In this document: in pieces, positions 45,849 to 58,158 of the stretch
Position numbering within the stretch: the first letter of the stretch is position 1
Layout: each line of letters starts with the position of its first letter
Assembly (NCBI GenBank): GCA_008632985.1
Contig: QPGO01000129.1
Coordinates: 62,001-126,000, forward strand
DNA length: 64,000 bases
Direction of reading: 5' to 3'
From: Psammoneis japonica
Taxonomy: Eukaryota
Notes under the pieces: generated by a model
What the model was told of the DNA's origin: nothing
What the model saw: the letters and a program-made list of their open reading frames with translations, nothing else
The model's database searches: none
Program-made: the position numbers and the translations under genes

Positions 45849-46625
45849 ATGAAAATGGACATTGATTCAGAGATTGCCGAAGTACGACAAAAGCTTGAAG
45901 AGGTGCGAGCAAAGAGATCCAGTCAGAAGTGCCGTTGGATTCGTGAAAAAGAACTCATACAAAAGAAGCAACAACGATGCTCTGCAAGGTTGAACTATCT
46001 TCTCAGGGAGGATGCGGAGATAAGCAAAGCTCTTCACGTTTACGCCGATGTTATCAAGTCCTCGAGGGGCCGGGAGCACTCTGTTCCTTCCTACATTGTC
46101 GTGTTGGAATCGCAGATGTGCCGTGCATTGCACAACTATGGTAACAGTCAGTGCCAGCTAGTCATGAAGAAGAATCAGAGCGATAGGCTTTTCGAGTCAA
46201 TGAAGAATACTATTGTGGAGTTGACTGAAGAAAAGAGTAAGATGGAAATGAAAATCATGACGCACATCTGCAAGAAGGACGACGAAATGCGCCGCCACAC
46301 ACAAGTATATGCCATGGTGCTTTCAAATCAGTGTGCTACGATACACAAGGCTCAAACCGCTGCTGCCAAAAAGAAGGAGAATACTACCGAGTCTTTGGAA
46401 TCGAGTATTCCAGAGGTTGTACGTGAGCAGCAGCAGCAGCAACAACAACCGTTGCCTCAAGTTCAAGAGCTCATTTCCGTGACGAAGAACGTGGAGAAAT
46501 CTCAGGATCTCAAACCACACATTTTAAAGCCTACCGAGGGAGAAGAACCTACTGATGATGAGAGCGAGGAAACGAGAGACGAAGGTGAAGCCCTTTCACT
46601 GCTCATGTTACCTGTCCGAGTGTGA
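45849..46625 (+). CDS. Hypothetical coiled-coil protein
   Basis: 258-aa ATG-initiated ORF, K/E/Q-rich, with a polyQ tract. Confidence 0.65.
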   Translation: MKMDIDSEIAEVRQKLEEVRAKRSSQKCRWIREKELIQKKQQRCSARLNYLLREDAEISKALHVYADVIKSSRGREHSVPSYIVVLESQMCRALHNYGNSQCQLVMKKNQSDRLFESMKNTIVELTEEKSKMEMKIMTHICKKDDEMRRHTQVYAMVLSNQCATIHKAQTAAAKKKENTTESLESSIPEVVREQQQQQQQPLPQVQELISVTKNVEKSQDLKPHILKPTEGEEPTDDESEETRDEGEALSLLMLPVRV

Positions 46626-47017
46626 TCCATAAATGCAAATACATAGATTACATATTTTAGTAAACTTTGTTTGGAAAAGATATCTTTCAAAAATAAGATC
46701 AGAAGATACGTTTAAGCTTCTGCAGAAGGCACGCGGGTCGCCATTGTTTTGAACAATCTCATTGGGCATCATCCAGCCACAAAGCGAGAAAACGACTATC
46801 CTTGGGCTACCGACGCTTTACTCAACCCTTGTGAACCCCTCTGCTATTGTATCGTGACGTTAACGGCGCTTGCAGTAGGCATGGGACCAAACTACGAGAA
46901 TAAATATGAAAAACGCGTGCGACGGAGGTGCTAACAAGATGAATTGAATTCTCTAGAATATTGACACTGCTCCGAACTTCTCGTGCTTCTCCATCCCTCC
47001 AGTACCAATCACACCGC

Positions 47018-47998
47018 TTAAATGGAAGCAACTGTGTAGACTCGAATCAAATTATCAGAATACCCAGCGAATAGAGTCTGCCCATCAGCGCTCCACGCCA
47101 AACAGGTGCACATGGGCACCTTGGTGGAGGCACCTTCCGGTAGCTCTTCATCGTCATTGGGCCTGAGGGTATCCACGACAATCTTAGATTCGAGATCCCA
47201 AATCTTGATGGACTCGTCGGTAGCGGCACACAACCAGTAACGGTTGGGAGAGAAGACGAGGGAGTTGATGATTTCACCAGCGTCCAAGCTGTAGAGACGC
47301 TTTCCCTCGTTCAAATCCCAAAGCATGGCGGTACCATCCTTGCCACCGGAAGCACAGAGACTGCCATCAGGAGAGACGCAGACAGTGTTGAGGTATCCCG
47401 TGTGTCCAACCAAATCGTTGCGGAGCTTGCAGTTGGTTAGGGCCCAGACCTTGACGAGGCGATCCCATCCAGAACTGACAATCAGAGGGACAGACTGAGA
47501 AGGAGAGAAGCGAACACACGAGACCCACTCGGAGTGTCCTTCGGATTCACCGGAAGCAATGGTGTACTTGCATTCTCCGAGAGTGTTCCAGAGCTTGATG
47601 GACTTATCACGAGAGCCAGAAACAATCTGACGGTTATCGACGCTAAAGGCGACACTGAGAACATCCTTTTCGTGGCCGACAAAGCGACGAGTGGTCTTGC
47701 CAGAGTTGATCTCCCACAAACGAAGAGTTCCGTCCCAACTTCCACTGAGAGCAAACTGACCGTCAGAACTGATCACAACGTCACTGACAAAGTGAGAGTG
47801 TCCGCGAAGAGCACGACGAGCGTATCCATACGAAGCAGTCTCGTCGTCGCCAGAAGCGTGAGTGAGCTGCCAGACAAGCACAGACTTGTCACGAGACGAA
47901 CTCAAGACGAGGTTGGGGTCCTCGGGAGTGGTGGCGAGACTGGTGACCCAATCACCATGGCCCTTGAGGGTGCCGCGAAGACGAAGAGTTTCAGACAT
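47018..47998 (-). CDS. RACK1: Receptor for activated C kinase 1 (WD40, 40S ribosome-associated)
   Basis: [53 protein letters not shown] and [12 protein letters not shown]. Confidence 0.97.
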   Translation of the reverse strand: MSETLRLRGTLKGHGDWVTSLATTPEDPNLVLSSSRDKSVLVWQLTHASGDDETASYGYARRALRGHSHFVSDVVISSDGQFALSGSWDGTLRLWEINSGKTTRRFVGHEKDVLSVAFSVDNRQIVSGSRDKSIKLWNTLGECKYTIASGESEGHSEWVSCVRFSPSQSVPLIVSSGWDRLVKVWALTNCKLRNDLVGHTGYLNTVCVSPDGSLCASGGKDGTAMLWDLNEGKRLYSLDAGEIINSLVFSPNRYWLCAATDESIKIWDLESKIVVDTLRPNDDEELPEGASTKVPMCTCLAWSADGQTLFAGYSDNLIRVYTVASI

Positions 47999-48626
47999 GG
48001 TCGATAACAGGACAGAAACAAGAAAATGTGAGCGGAGGGGCACCACCGCTCGTTTTTCAACTTTGTAATACCGCTTACTAAATCGGGTGTCGTAACAACT
48101 TAGTAATAAATTTACATACATTGTTTTGTACGGCCCATTGAAAGTATACCATCTTTACGTCAGAGGTGCGGTATGTATCAGATTTGCCCAAGTGGGCTAC
48201 ACGGCCATTCTGGTCCTCATTTTTTCCTCGAATGTATGGTATCTTGTTGGAAGACCAACACGCACTATCCGACGTTACTATAGCAATAGAGGGAGCGAAA
48301 CGAAAGATTCAACAACTTTATAACGTTGTTGTGTGGCTTGGAAGGATAAAAGTAGTATGCGGCTATGTTGAGATTGACTCACTAGAGTGTTACCGGTGAT
48401 AACCAACTCTTTACCGTCTCCGAGTTTGCAGCATTGCGATACCAGTCCTGAATAATGAACCAGTGACAAGAGGCGGCACTAACAATGAATGAAGCTAGTT
48501 CAGATTGGCTCTCGAACATTTACTTTTATCATCGTTCTTTCTCCAGGCCTCGCAGCTTCAGTCAGAGTCACACCCCAACTACGAGTATTAGTAAACCCTT
48601 CATACAAACTCCCTGTAGCACTGCAC

Positions 48627-49257
48627 TCACTTTGTCTTCTTTTCAGTCTTGTCTTTTCCGGGACCATTGACAATGTTGAGAAGCACAAAGCTCCAAACGC
48701 CGGTAATGACAAGCACAACGAGTGAAATGTAAAACTGGTCACTCTTGATCAGTTCGTCTTTGTCATCCATGGCTTCTTTGTTTCTGTCCAAGAATGAAAC
48801 TGCCATTTCTTCAAAGCCCGCCTTTTCCAAATACGTTGTTGATAATCCGCCCACCACAAGCGTCGAGAGACCCACCGGTACATTGGCGGCCAAGTTCATC
48901 AAGTACTTTTCTTTAGGAGGGAAACCAAATACCAATCCACAATTTAAAAAGTGATTCAGGGGAATCGATAACGAATACACAATGGAGTAAATCACAAAGG
49001 TGCTCGCCAAGGCATCAAACATGTAAATGGACCAATTATAAGCAGCAACGAAAAGGATGTTGCCAATGACACCCGAGAGACCAAACCGAGCCAACATTGG
49101 CAGTTGTGGTACTTGGCTGCGATACATAAAAAACAAGTGTGTAATATTCGTAGAAGAGAAAAAAAGATTTCTGAGGTGAGCAAACTGCTACAACAAGTTC
49201 CAATATTACAACCATAACTTACGGGTGAAAGTAGCGAATGTTCTTAGATTCGCTCAT
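48627..49257 (-). CDS. Small four-TM membrane protein, GtrA-like; intron 49117-49222
   Basis: Exon 1 (MSESKNIRYFHP) splices in frame to QVPQL. LARFGLSGVIGN is followed by several hydrophobic helices. Confidence 0.6.
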
Positions 49258-49848
49258 TTTCTGATCTCTGGTTTTATACTGCTAGATTTCTTTGCGTTCC
49301 GACGTTCGCTTTTGACCTATAGATAGCCTTTCTGAATAGTGGGATAGATATCTACCGAAACGGTAAGATACAGCATCAACGCAACTCTGTAACCTTTTAC
49401 TCTTTCTTCGGCACAATATTATGTTGTGATGGCTGATGGCTGATGGCATGATGTCGAAGCAGAATACAGATATTGGTTTTATATCCCGACACGAATACGT
49501 TTCGCATTGGCAATCGGAAAGCCGAGAGATAGAGCGACTGTCACCGCATTCAGAAGGTGCATACCGGTATCATAGCATGCGATCCTCTAGCGGTGTCGTT
49601 ATATGCATGCCGTACCTGGTAAGCGATTTAGAGGAGATCACCTCTACGAACAAAGATTGTATCATGGCAGGCGTAAACTAATCTCATGATTGTGGTGGTC
49701 TATCTCTGGTGCTACGTTCCGCCTCGCCATGTAAATCCCTCTAGTACAACTGACACTAACACAGGTACTTTTCACTTTTCAAACCGCGTCGTCGTCACTT
49801 AACTTCGTCCAAAGACACATACAGAACAGTAAACACATATGAGTAAAC

Positions 49849-50535
49849 TCAGGCATCAGTCTTGGCCTTCGTAGCTTCTGGAGCTTCATCCTTCTCCACC
49901 GAGTCACCCTCTTCTTCACGAGGCCTCTTTTTCGTGCTTTCGACATACTCTGTATTGAATACCTCACACTGCCAGGGAGGAATCTGCAACGTGTTGTCCT
50001 TGTCATCATAGATATGTTCCAGAACATGCTTGTTCAATTCCTCAGCAGTCCACGAAGCTCTAGGATCCGTGTCGTCCAGATAACGGCGTCCGAGCGTCAG
50101 ACGGCACCCCGGTCTCATCCACCCAACAGAGACAAACGCTCCAAATTCGTTCTTGCCTGACGCAAACACGAGGTTGTTGCGTTGATCGTTCAGATTGCCA
50201 GTCCACTTGAGATCCGTCATGACAATTTCGTGCGCGTCATCTTGATGTCTCTTCTTCTCGTCACCCTCTCCCAAATCATAGCCCTCGCCATCCACCATGC
50301 TCACGATGTGTTTGTCACCCGAGGAAGAATCGATTTTGCCTTGAACAGTAAACTTCATTTCCGACGTGACAAACTCATCAAAGGCACCTCTTTTTGGTGC
50401 TTCAATCTTTATTGCTTCAGGAGAATCTTTGCAGCCCACCCACGTGCCCTCCCATTTCATCACTTTAGCATCCTTTTCGTGTGTCAAGATCCCATCCCAA
50501 ACAAATAGAGTATCGCGCCACTTCGTATTTGTCAT
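49849..50535 (-). CDS. Hypothetical protein
   Basis: 228-aa ATG-initiated ORF with globular composition (GKNEFGAFVSVG...LTLGRRYL). Function not recognised. Confidence 0.7.
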   Translation of the reverse strand: MTNTKWRDTLFVWDGILTHEKDAKVMKWEGTWVGCKDSPEAIKIEAPKRGAFDEFVTSEMKFTVQGKIDSSSGDKHIVSMVDGEGYDLGEGDEKKRHQDDAHEIVMTDLKWTGNLNDQRNNLVFASGKNEFGAFVSVGWMRPGCRLTLGRRYLDDTDPRASWTAEELNKHVLEHIYDDKDNTLQIPPWQCEVFNTEYVESTKKRPREEEGDSVEKDEAPEATKAKTDA

Positions 50536-50988
50536 TGTCGAAAGGAGACTTCACAGCATACACAAGAACACTCCCCAGTCGTTAGCTAGCATCGACGGCG
50601 TTTGTGTCAATCGTTTGTGTGAAAAAGGCAGGTTGAAGTCGGCGATCGCCAAAAGTTTGTCTGGATCTTTCATCGGAAATGGACGGTGTCGTATGTTTCT
50701 ACGTGGCTTTCTACGTGTGACGCAAAGATCGCAAAAATGATGACGTCATAAGAGCAGACGGTTAGACGCTCAGTACGTTTCATCGTATGTACAAATATAC
50801 GTTAGTAGCAATAGTGTAGGTCTTGCGTCAAACGCCACCAAAGACAAATCTCCTCACATTTTTTTCAACAAATACGAACTAACGCGTCGCAGTGGTTACA
50901 ACACAACAAACACCACTCTCATTCCCGTAGAGCAGTGCCATTCTCCATTACGTTCGTACATTGGCCATACGCAAAAGGAGAAGACGCC

Positions 50989-53229
50989 ATGAATTATCGG
51001 AATGTCCTTGTCTGGGTTCTCACACTCCTTCCTCTGTGTGCAGTCTTTTGGCTTCCTACAAGCAAACCCGATTCGGGTCCAACTGCAGACGTGACTGACA
51101 AGAACAACAATGGTAATGACACCGACAACGATCAGCAAGCATGGACATCTGCAGATGACGATGATGATTCGCTACAGTTGGATGACGCACTGTACCAGGA
51201 TGAAGATAACGATGCCGCAACAACTTCAACTTATAAAGGTGACGGCGATGAAGGTGATGTTGCTGCCGCCAACGAGAGCAACGAATTGCCACTTTTCGTA
51301 CTACATGTCGGGCCTCGAAATACAGGTGCAGCAACGATTCAGTCTGTTGCTTCTACTCACTACGAGTTACTGAAAAAGGATAACATGTATTTCTTGGGAA
51401 ACAAATTGTCACGCCCGGAATGGAACACTCATGAAATATACCAACAGTGCTCCACTGGGAACCAGGACAAGGATGATGTGGATTGCGAGGGAGAATGGAA
51501 TGCCTTTCGCGAACGCCTTGAGAAGCATCGAAGGAAGAATCACAATGTCTTTGTATCAGACGAGCTACTCAGTTCATTCACGGAAGAAAACGACCTTGAG
51601 CAAATACACATGTGGAAATATTTGGTTCCAACGTTACAAGACCAGTGGCGAGTCCGCATTATCTTTTCTTATCGCCGATATTACGAGTGGCTCCACAGCC
51701 GCTACGCACAAATGTACAACCCAGAACGCTGGGAATACGGCGGTGAAATGGTGGAAATTTGGGACAACGCGGGAGGCAAAAAAGTTCATTCGTTTGCCGA
51801 GTACTTTGAAGCCGTTCGATACGACGCCTTCAAATATCCTCCAGCAATCAAAAATCGCTGGCAAGAGCATTTTGAGACTGTAGACATTTTCAATTTTCAT
51901 GAGGAAGGGAGCTTTATTGAAAACTTTTTCTGCGACAAGCTACCCGAGGCTCGCAGTCTTTGCCAAGATTTGAGGTCGAATGGCATTCCAGATCCACCAG
52001 CTCGCCCATCGACTTCAATGAGTCATCTGTATGAAATGATCACCATGGAGGCGTACCGAAGAGGATGGTTGGCTGTCTCGAATAAACCATCAAATGTGAA
52101 TGCTGCTGTTGAGGCCTATGCCAAGAAGAACAACATTAACAGCAAGTCGGACCTGCCGTTGAAATGCCTAAACCAGACAGAGACCTTCATGCTCTTGCAA
52201 AGGTCGCTGTCGATGGAGTTTAATATGGTCCCGGACTTTTACCACTCTCCAGCGGGCGAGAAAAAATTAAGAGACGACTTTGAAAAAGCCGCTGATGACG
52301 GCTTTTTTTGTTCTCTCGACGTGGAGAAGATACTTGATGACGACGGCTGGAAGCAGATTTTTCAATCGTTTGAGCCTCCACCTTCACAATCGGACGTTGC
52401 AGTCGGGGGTGGAAGCGATGCCATTAACGATCTTCCCATCGACTATCCTCAACTTGACGTAGAGCTTTCCTGGTTGGGTATTGGCGCTCAAGGAGCGGGT
52501 ACGACGTGGTTAGCAACAATGCTGATGGAATGCTGTCCGACGGTTGACTTTGGAACAAGAAAGGAACTTCACTTTTGGGACTGGTACAGACGCTATGGAC
52601 TCGGTTGGTATAGCAATCAATTCCCAAACAGAACCAAAGAAGGCCCAAGATTGTTTCATGGTGAGATCACTCCTCACTACATGTCATTACCCGATGAAGA
52701 TATTCGTGAAATCAAGGCTCTCTTTCCAGACGTTCGAATTATCTTCATGGCGCGAGATCTCGTAGAGCGGACTTGGTCTGGACTCCGTAAAGGATTGAGG
52801 AAAGAAGTCAAGCATGGAAAGGCGTCAACTCTTGATCCAGCCAACTATACGGATGAGTTCTTTATGAAGAAAGCATCAGGACGCGGACCAATGGAGCGAA
52901 GCACCTACGAAGTCGGAATGGAACGATGGTACTCGCATTTTCCAGAGGACCAAATCCTCGTCCTGAACTTTGACGACATTGGCAATAATCCATCGGAGTT
53001 GCTAAGAAAAGTACTCAATCACATTGGTGTCGAGCATCCAGAGGAGTACTTGAAAGCGATTGAAGAGGAAGAGGGAGAACAGGTAAACCCGGGCGTGTAC
53101 ACCGATATCCGTCCTTCTCTTCGCAAGAAACTCGAAGATTTGTTCAGGCCACACGCAAAGGCATTCAACAAAATCCTACGAGACCATGGCTACTCTTGGT
53201 TTCTAAACGAATACAAGAATGGCGATTGA
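50989..53229 (+). CDS. Type II membrane protein with two sulfotransferase-like P-loop domains
   Basis: N-terminal TM helix. Domain 1 has LHVGPRNTGAATIQ...VSDE...YRRYYEWLHS. Domain 2 has GIGAQGAGTTWL...KELHFWD...GEITPHY...IIFMARDLVERTWS. Confidence 0.8.
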   Translation: MNYRNVLVWVLTLLPLCAVFWLPTSKPDSGPTADVTDKNNNGNDTDNDQQAWTSADDDDDSLQLDDALYQDEDNDAATTSTYKGDGDEGDVAAANESNELPLFVLHVGPRNTGAATIQSVASTHYELLKKDNMYFLGNKLSRPEWNTHEIYQQCSTGNQDKDDVDCEGEWNAFRERLEKHRRKNHNVFVSDELLSSFTEENDLEQIHMWKYLVPTLQDQWRVRIIFSYRRYYEWLHSRYAQMYNPERWEYGGEMVEIWDNAGGKKVHSFAEYFEAVRYDAFKYPPAIKNRWQEHFETVDIFNFHEEGSFIENFFCDKLPEARSLCQDLRSNGIPDPPARPSTSMSHLYEMITMEAYRRGWLAVSNKPSNVNAAVEAYAKKNNINSKSDLPLKCLNQTETFMLLQRSLSMEFNMVPDFYHSPAGEKKLRDDFEKAADDGFFCSLDVEKILDDDGWKQIFQSFEPPPSQSDVAVGGGSDAINDLPIDYPQLDVELSWLGIGAQGAGTTWLATMLMECCPTVDFGTRKELHFWDWYRRYGLGWYSNQFPNRTKEGPRLFHGEITPHYMSLPDEDIREIKALFPDVRIIFMARDLVERTWSGLRKGLRKEVKHGKASTLDPANYTDEFFMKKASGRGPMERSTYEVGMERWYSHFPEDQILVLNFDDIGNNPSELLRKVLNHIGVEHPEEYLKAIEEEEGEQVNPGVYTDIRPSLRKKLEDLFRPHAKAFNKILRDHGYSWFLNEYKNGD

Positions 53230-53841
53230 ATCGATTAGATGTTTAGAGAAAGTTACTTTGTTATTAGCTATCATTGAAAGATACCTCTAGAGTTGCCAGG
53301 TCGAACTCACATAGCCGTAGATATAGAAAGACTGTTGTAGAGAGATTCACACGAGCGGCTCGACAGCATCTACGTACGAATAGCTTCATTTCCCCTTTCT
53401 CTCATACTCTTTAGCAAGGTACGGCTCTCCCAAAGGTTCTTGTATTGTCGTGTCGTTCCGTGTGGCATCATATCAGGTTTAAATGTTGGGAAATGACTAA
53501 CTCGACTGATAGGGCATTATTGCAGGGATGAAAATGGCGGCCGCTGTGCCCATACAATCTTTCCTTACTGTCGGATAACCCAATTGCAGAATGAATATCT
53601 AACAAAACTCTCTATGCTCTGCTAGAGAGTGCATTGTTCAATAGAGTGGTACGAACAATGACAAAAAAATCAAATGGCGTAGGGCGCACGTCTCACAGCG
53701 CTGCTGCTGAATCGCGACATGAGTCCCGTGCTGATTCGTGATGAGAACAGCATCGAAAGAATAGAACAGAGGTCAATCATCAAAAAAGCACAAATAAACG
53801 CTCACAAAAACAACTAATTAGTATTTAGAAAGCAAACAAGC

Positions 53842-56800
53842 ATGACGAGGAAGCAAAAAGACCAGTCGCTTGTTAACAGTAGCAAGCGAAAGCTCAGGAC
53901 TGCTTCCGACGTGATTTCAAGGTTACGATGGTCCGGGGACGATACCAATGGCATTAGAACTAGCGGGAGTATTATGATTGGTTACGACGATCGCATTCAT
54001 GGTCCCATGGAGAAACCGCTGGAAGATTACGTAAGAATTGACAAGGGCGGCGACATTCCCGAACATCGAATTCAGTACTTTTGTGAGCGACGAGACAATC
54101 GCGAGCAGCCCGTCATTTTATGGGATCGTCTCGGACGTGTCGACCGAGTCTTTGGTTCTGGAAATGGCGCTGATGCACCCGTCGACCCCAGGACATACCG
54201 TATGCTAGAGCAGGCCTTGTCAAACATGGTGAGATTGGAAGAGGAGAAACAAGCCCGCCGAGCAGAACGAGAGAAACAACGAGCGAGACGAGCAAAACGA
54301 CGCCTGCCCCCTTCATCCACAAGCATAGCACGAGACAAGACAACAGTAAACACAAGACAAGATCGGTACTCATGGATACCTTCCGACTGGTATACATTCT
54401 CTGCTGAGCTAAGTGAATGGACTGAAGGAGCTAGCACAACATGGGAATCTTCGCGGTTGGCTCGAGACGAAAAGGCCTCGAAAAGCACTCATGAGCTTGT
54501 CGTTGTGACTTGGAATGTGCTATTCAATCTCTATGACGATGCTGAGATTGAACTTGAACAAGACGCTGAGATTTTTGGCTGCGATCAAGCAACAATGGAA
54601 CGCTGGAAGTTGCTTTCGGCATGTCTTGAACAGACCGACGCAGACGTGATTGCGCTCCAAGAAGTAACACCAACCTTTGCGGAACTCTTGTTGTCACAGA
54701 ATTGGGTTCAGTCAGAATTTGCAACTTCAGCTACTGGCACGTTTGCATCTTCAGTAGACCCATGTGGGAATTTGCTCTTGTGGAGAAGAAACAGATTAAG
54801 AGTATTTGACACGGAATCTACACGAGGCAGCCACCTGTCAATATGTCAAGACGGCGCAAGAAAACGAGCTGCAGTTGCAGCACTTGAACTTGTTGACGAT
54901 CCGTCTACGGTGCTGTTGCTGGCCAATGTCCATTTACCCGCAGACAAGCATGTAGGAGAAAGAAACGATTGCCGTGCTTTAGCAAGACAACGCGAGTTGG
55001 GAGCGGTGGTGGGAAGACTACAAATTATGGAACAGCAAATGCTCACGGACCAGCGTTTCAACCATACTTGCAAGGCGGTTTCATTGATACCCATGATTGT
55101 AGGAGACTTTAACACGGACGACGTCTTGCTTGATGACTACTTTGGGGACACCTGGAGTTCGATATCCAGTTCAAATAATGACGAGCGTTGCTTTACGTTT
55201 GATCCAATAACAAACGAGCGCGCAGAGAAGTCTCAACAGCTGGCACAATCTACCAAAGGACCGAGAACTATTGACCGGGTGCTTGTGGGGACGGGTGTGG
55301 ATGGAAGGTTGTTGCTACGGCCTATTAATGGACAATTAGTTGGCGTTTTCGATGGTTCCGATGTATTGGTTCCGCCTTCGGATCACTACGGTTTGAAAAT
55401 GTCATTTTGCACGAGCCAGCAGAACCGGCCAGAAGCAATAAGTCTCTCGCACTCCGTCAATGGCCGATGTGCGTGGGCATCAAACGCAGCCCCAACATGT
55501 GACACGTTATTGGCACTTGTCCTGGATGACAACGCCGTCGGGGACACGCTACTCTTTGACCCAAGAAGTAGTCTACCAGTTCCACACGTTACGCTGATGC
55601 ATGGCTTTGTTGAATTGGATAGCATCCAAAATCGAAATCTTGCGACGCTTGCCGTTGAGAAAGCAGTCCAGCATATCTTCAATGGAAATCTCATTGCCAA
55701 AGGAGTGTCATCCATGCTATCATTACAGTTTACCCGCGAGTCATTCTCAGTTTTTGAACACAGAAACAGCTCCACGTTAGTCTGCCTTCCTGACACAGAT
55801 TGTGACGAGGGACGTTGGTTGCTCCGCCTTTATGATAGTCTGCAGTCAATCTTTGCTTGTTGCCGAGAACAAAATGATCGATTCGACGGCTGGACCCCGC
55901 ATTGTAAGTACGCGGTACAAAGCTCACGTTTGTGGGTCTTTTGTCTTTCTGAATGTTTGGCGTTCTATCGTTCTTTCTACAGTGAGTCTTGGTACATATG
56001 GTAGCTCAGCATCGGCAAGATCCGAGATAAACAGAATCAGATACCAATGGGTCGGCGTCGACTCTTTTACGATTCCCACAAGTGCGATTGGTCTTTACCA
56101 GAGAGATCCTACTGACGGCAAATTCTACTCAGTTTCAACGGTTCCACTGACACCGAGGCAGCAAAATGTTTTCCGATGCAGTGGGTCTCACTTCGCGGCG
56201 GACGCCGGACTGCGCTGGTCCTTATACATGCATGGACTTAGCGCTCCAGTTCTCGAGGACCTGCGACGAACTTGTCAACAAGTGATTGATGAAAGTGGCA
56301 AGAAGCTAAATGTATCGATTCAGGCATTTGGTTCCTACGCTCTAGATGCGTCGCTGCCAAACATGTCGGACGTTGACGCCGTAATTCTCGTTCGACCTTT
56401 GCAGCGCAACTTAGCGGCGCATCGATTCGGCCGTCCTAGTGAACTTTTTCCTGAATTGATTTCCCGAATAAAGGTGGGTGGACCCTTCTTGTTTTTTCCA
56501 CGCTCCACTTTTCATTATGAAATCTCAACAGCCTCTTTGGAATGTCTCAGACACGATATAGTCAGGCTAAAGCAAGAACGCGAGGAAGCTCCGGCAAAGG
56601 CGATCTTCGTGTCTTGACTGCGAAGCTGTGGCCACGCGCGCCTTCGATCGACCTTCAACTGTGCTGGATAGGCGATAGCGGTGATCCCATAAGCGCTGAA
56701 AGTTCCGAAGCTCTTCTTGCTTCTCTTGATACAAAGCATATTGTTGAAACGGCACACGCATGCTCAAAGTGGATCCCAGATAATCTGGATGCAATCGGTA

Positions 56801-57702
56801 TCTTTGAAGGTGCGCTGCGTCTAGTGAAGCTCTGGGCGAACCGTCGAAACGTGTACGGCCCAGGCGTTGGGTATGTGGGCGGAGGGTGCTGGGCAGTATT
56901 GCTTGCTAGAGTCATGTACGACTCTTTGAATAACAAGGCGCTGGTCTTGGTGACCAACTCCAATGCCGTAGCAAGCTGTCTACTGGCTTCACATTTTTTC
57001 GTCGTCGGCTCAAAATGGGAACGCCCCTATACCATTACCCTCCCACCGACGATTATGGAGGAAAGCAAACATGCCGTTAAATTTCAACACGTCAACCGTG
57101 CTGCATCTGCAACGACAAAAGCCTTGGCGCGTGGCACAATGGCAGTTTTTGCTACCGAAAGGAGTGGCGAATTGGCAAGAAATACTCTGCCGTGCACAGT
57201 TCACGCTGTTTCGGAAGAATTGAAGAGAGCTGCTGGAGTTGTTGCTACGGTTGAAAATATCAAAAAACGCTTTGATATCATTTTACGTCCATTTCAAGGA
57301 AGTGAATTCCTCGATATGTTCAGTTCAATCATTGCCGTTGAATTTACAGTCCCCGAGGTCAAGCCAGGGAATCCATCTGCATCAGATGTGAAGGGGCATG
57401 CATCTGTGGTTTTTCTTAGTTTTGTTTTGGCTTTAGAGCAGCTGATGGGCGATCCTTCTAAAGTTCGACCATGTGCTAAACCCGTTAGGGTCGAGGGACG
57501 GTTCCTCTTCCTAGTTGGATGCAACTTCAGTGTTTCACAACAAGGGCTAAACGCGTTCTGTACTCAACGATCACAGACGATACAGCACGACTACGACATG
57601 TTCATCCATCGTAATCCTGAAGAGCTGTCGCCAAGCGCTGAAATCAAATGCTGCAACAGAGATGGAGCTTCTGCTTATATGGAATCTTTTCACTTGATAT
57701 AG
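53842..57702 (+). CDS. Multidomain RNA end-processing protein (MJ1316 + EEP phosphoesterase + 2H phosphoesterase + poly(A)-polymerase-like NTase); introns 55904-55982 and 56474-56550
   Basis: MJ1316: DVISRLRW...GYDDR...DIPEHRIQYF...WDR. EEP: TWNVL, IALQEV, GDFN, IDR, SDHYG. 2H: PHVTL and PHLSLG. NTase: FGSY...SDVD, LVKLWANRRNVYG...GYVGG. Both introns preserve frame. Confidence 0.85.
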
Positions 57703-57719
57703 TGAATGTTCCTTAATCC

Positions 57720-57993
57720 CATTAACAAGTAGTGCCGTGGAATCAATCCTTCTGTGATGAAGCAAGTACCCACGAGCTTCGAGCACTTTGTTGATAGGCC
57801 CCAACCGACCCCTCGACCGCAAAACTTTGTATTCAAAGTTGATCAGACGAGGGTGACGTTCTCGTCGACCTTCCATTTCTGGGAACAGTCCTGGGCAGAG
57901 ATGAAGATGTTCCTCGTGGCCCTCAACATCTATCTGAAGAGTAGCTACTTCATTAGCGGGTAGGTTGTACGGGTGATGGCGACTGCTTCGCAA
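57720..57993 (-). pseudogene. Orphan C-terminal fragment of an FkbM-type methyltransferase
   Basis: TLQIDVEGHE...PRLINFEY...LEARGY. No 5' portion or SAM motif in the ~170 bp before the next gene. Confidence 0.5.
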
Positions 57994-58158
57994 TGCAGCG
58001 CTTCATCTCTTCCAACAACTGTCTTTAAATTGAACGCTTAAGATCAAAGCCAAAACTGCAGAGTCCAAAGATCCAATTTCACCTTTAAAAAACCCTACTG
58101 GCTGAGTTTAGACAATTTGCATCTACTAAAGCTACTCTAGAGGTCTACGTAGAGTACT

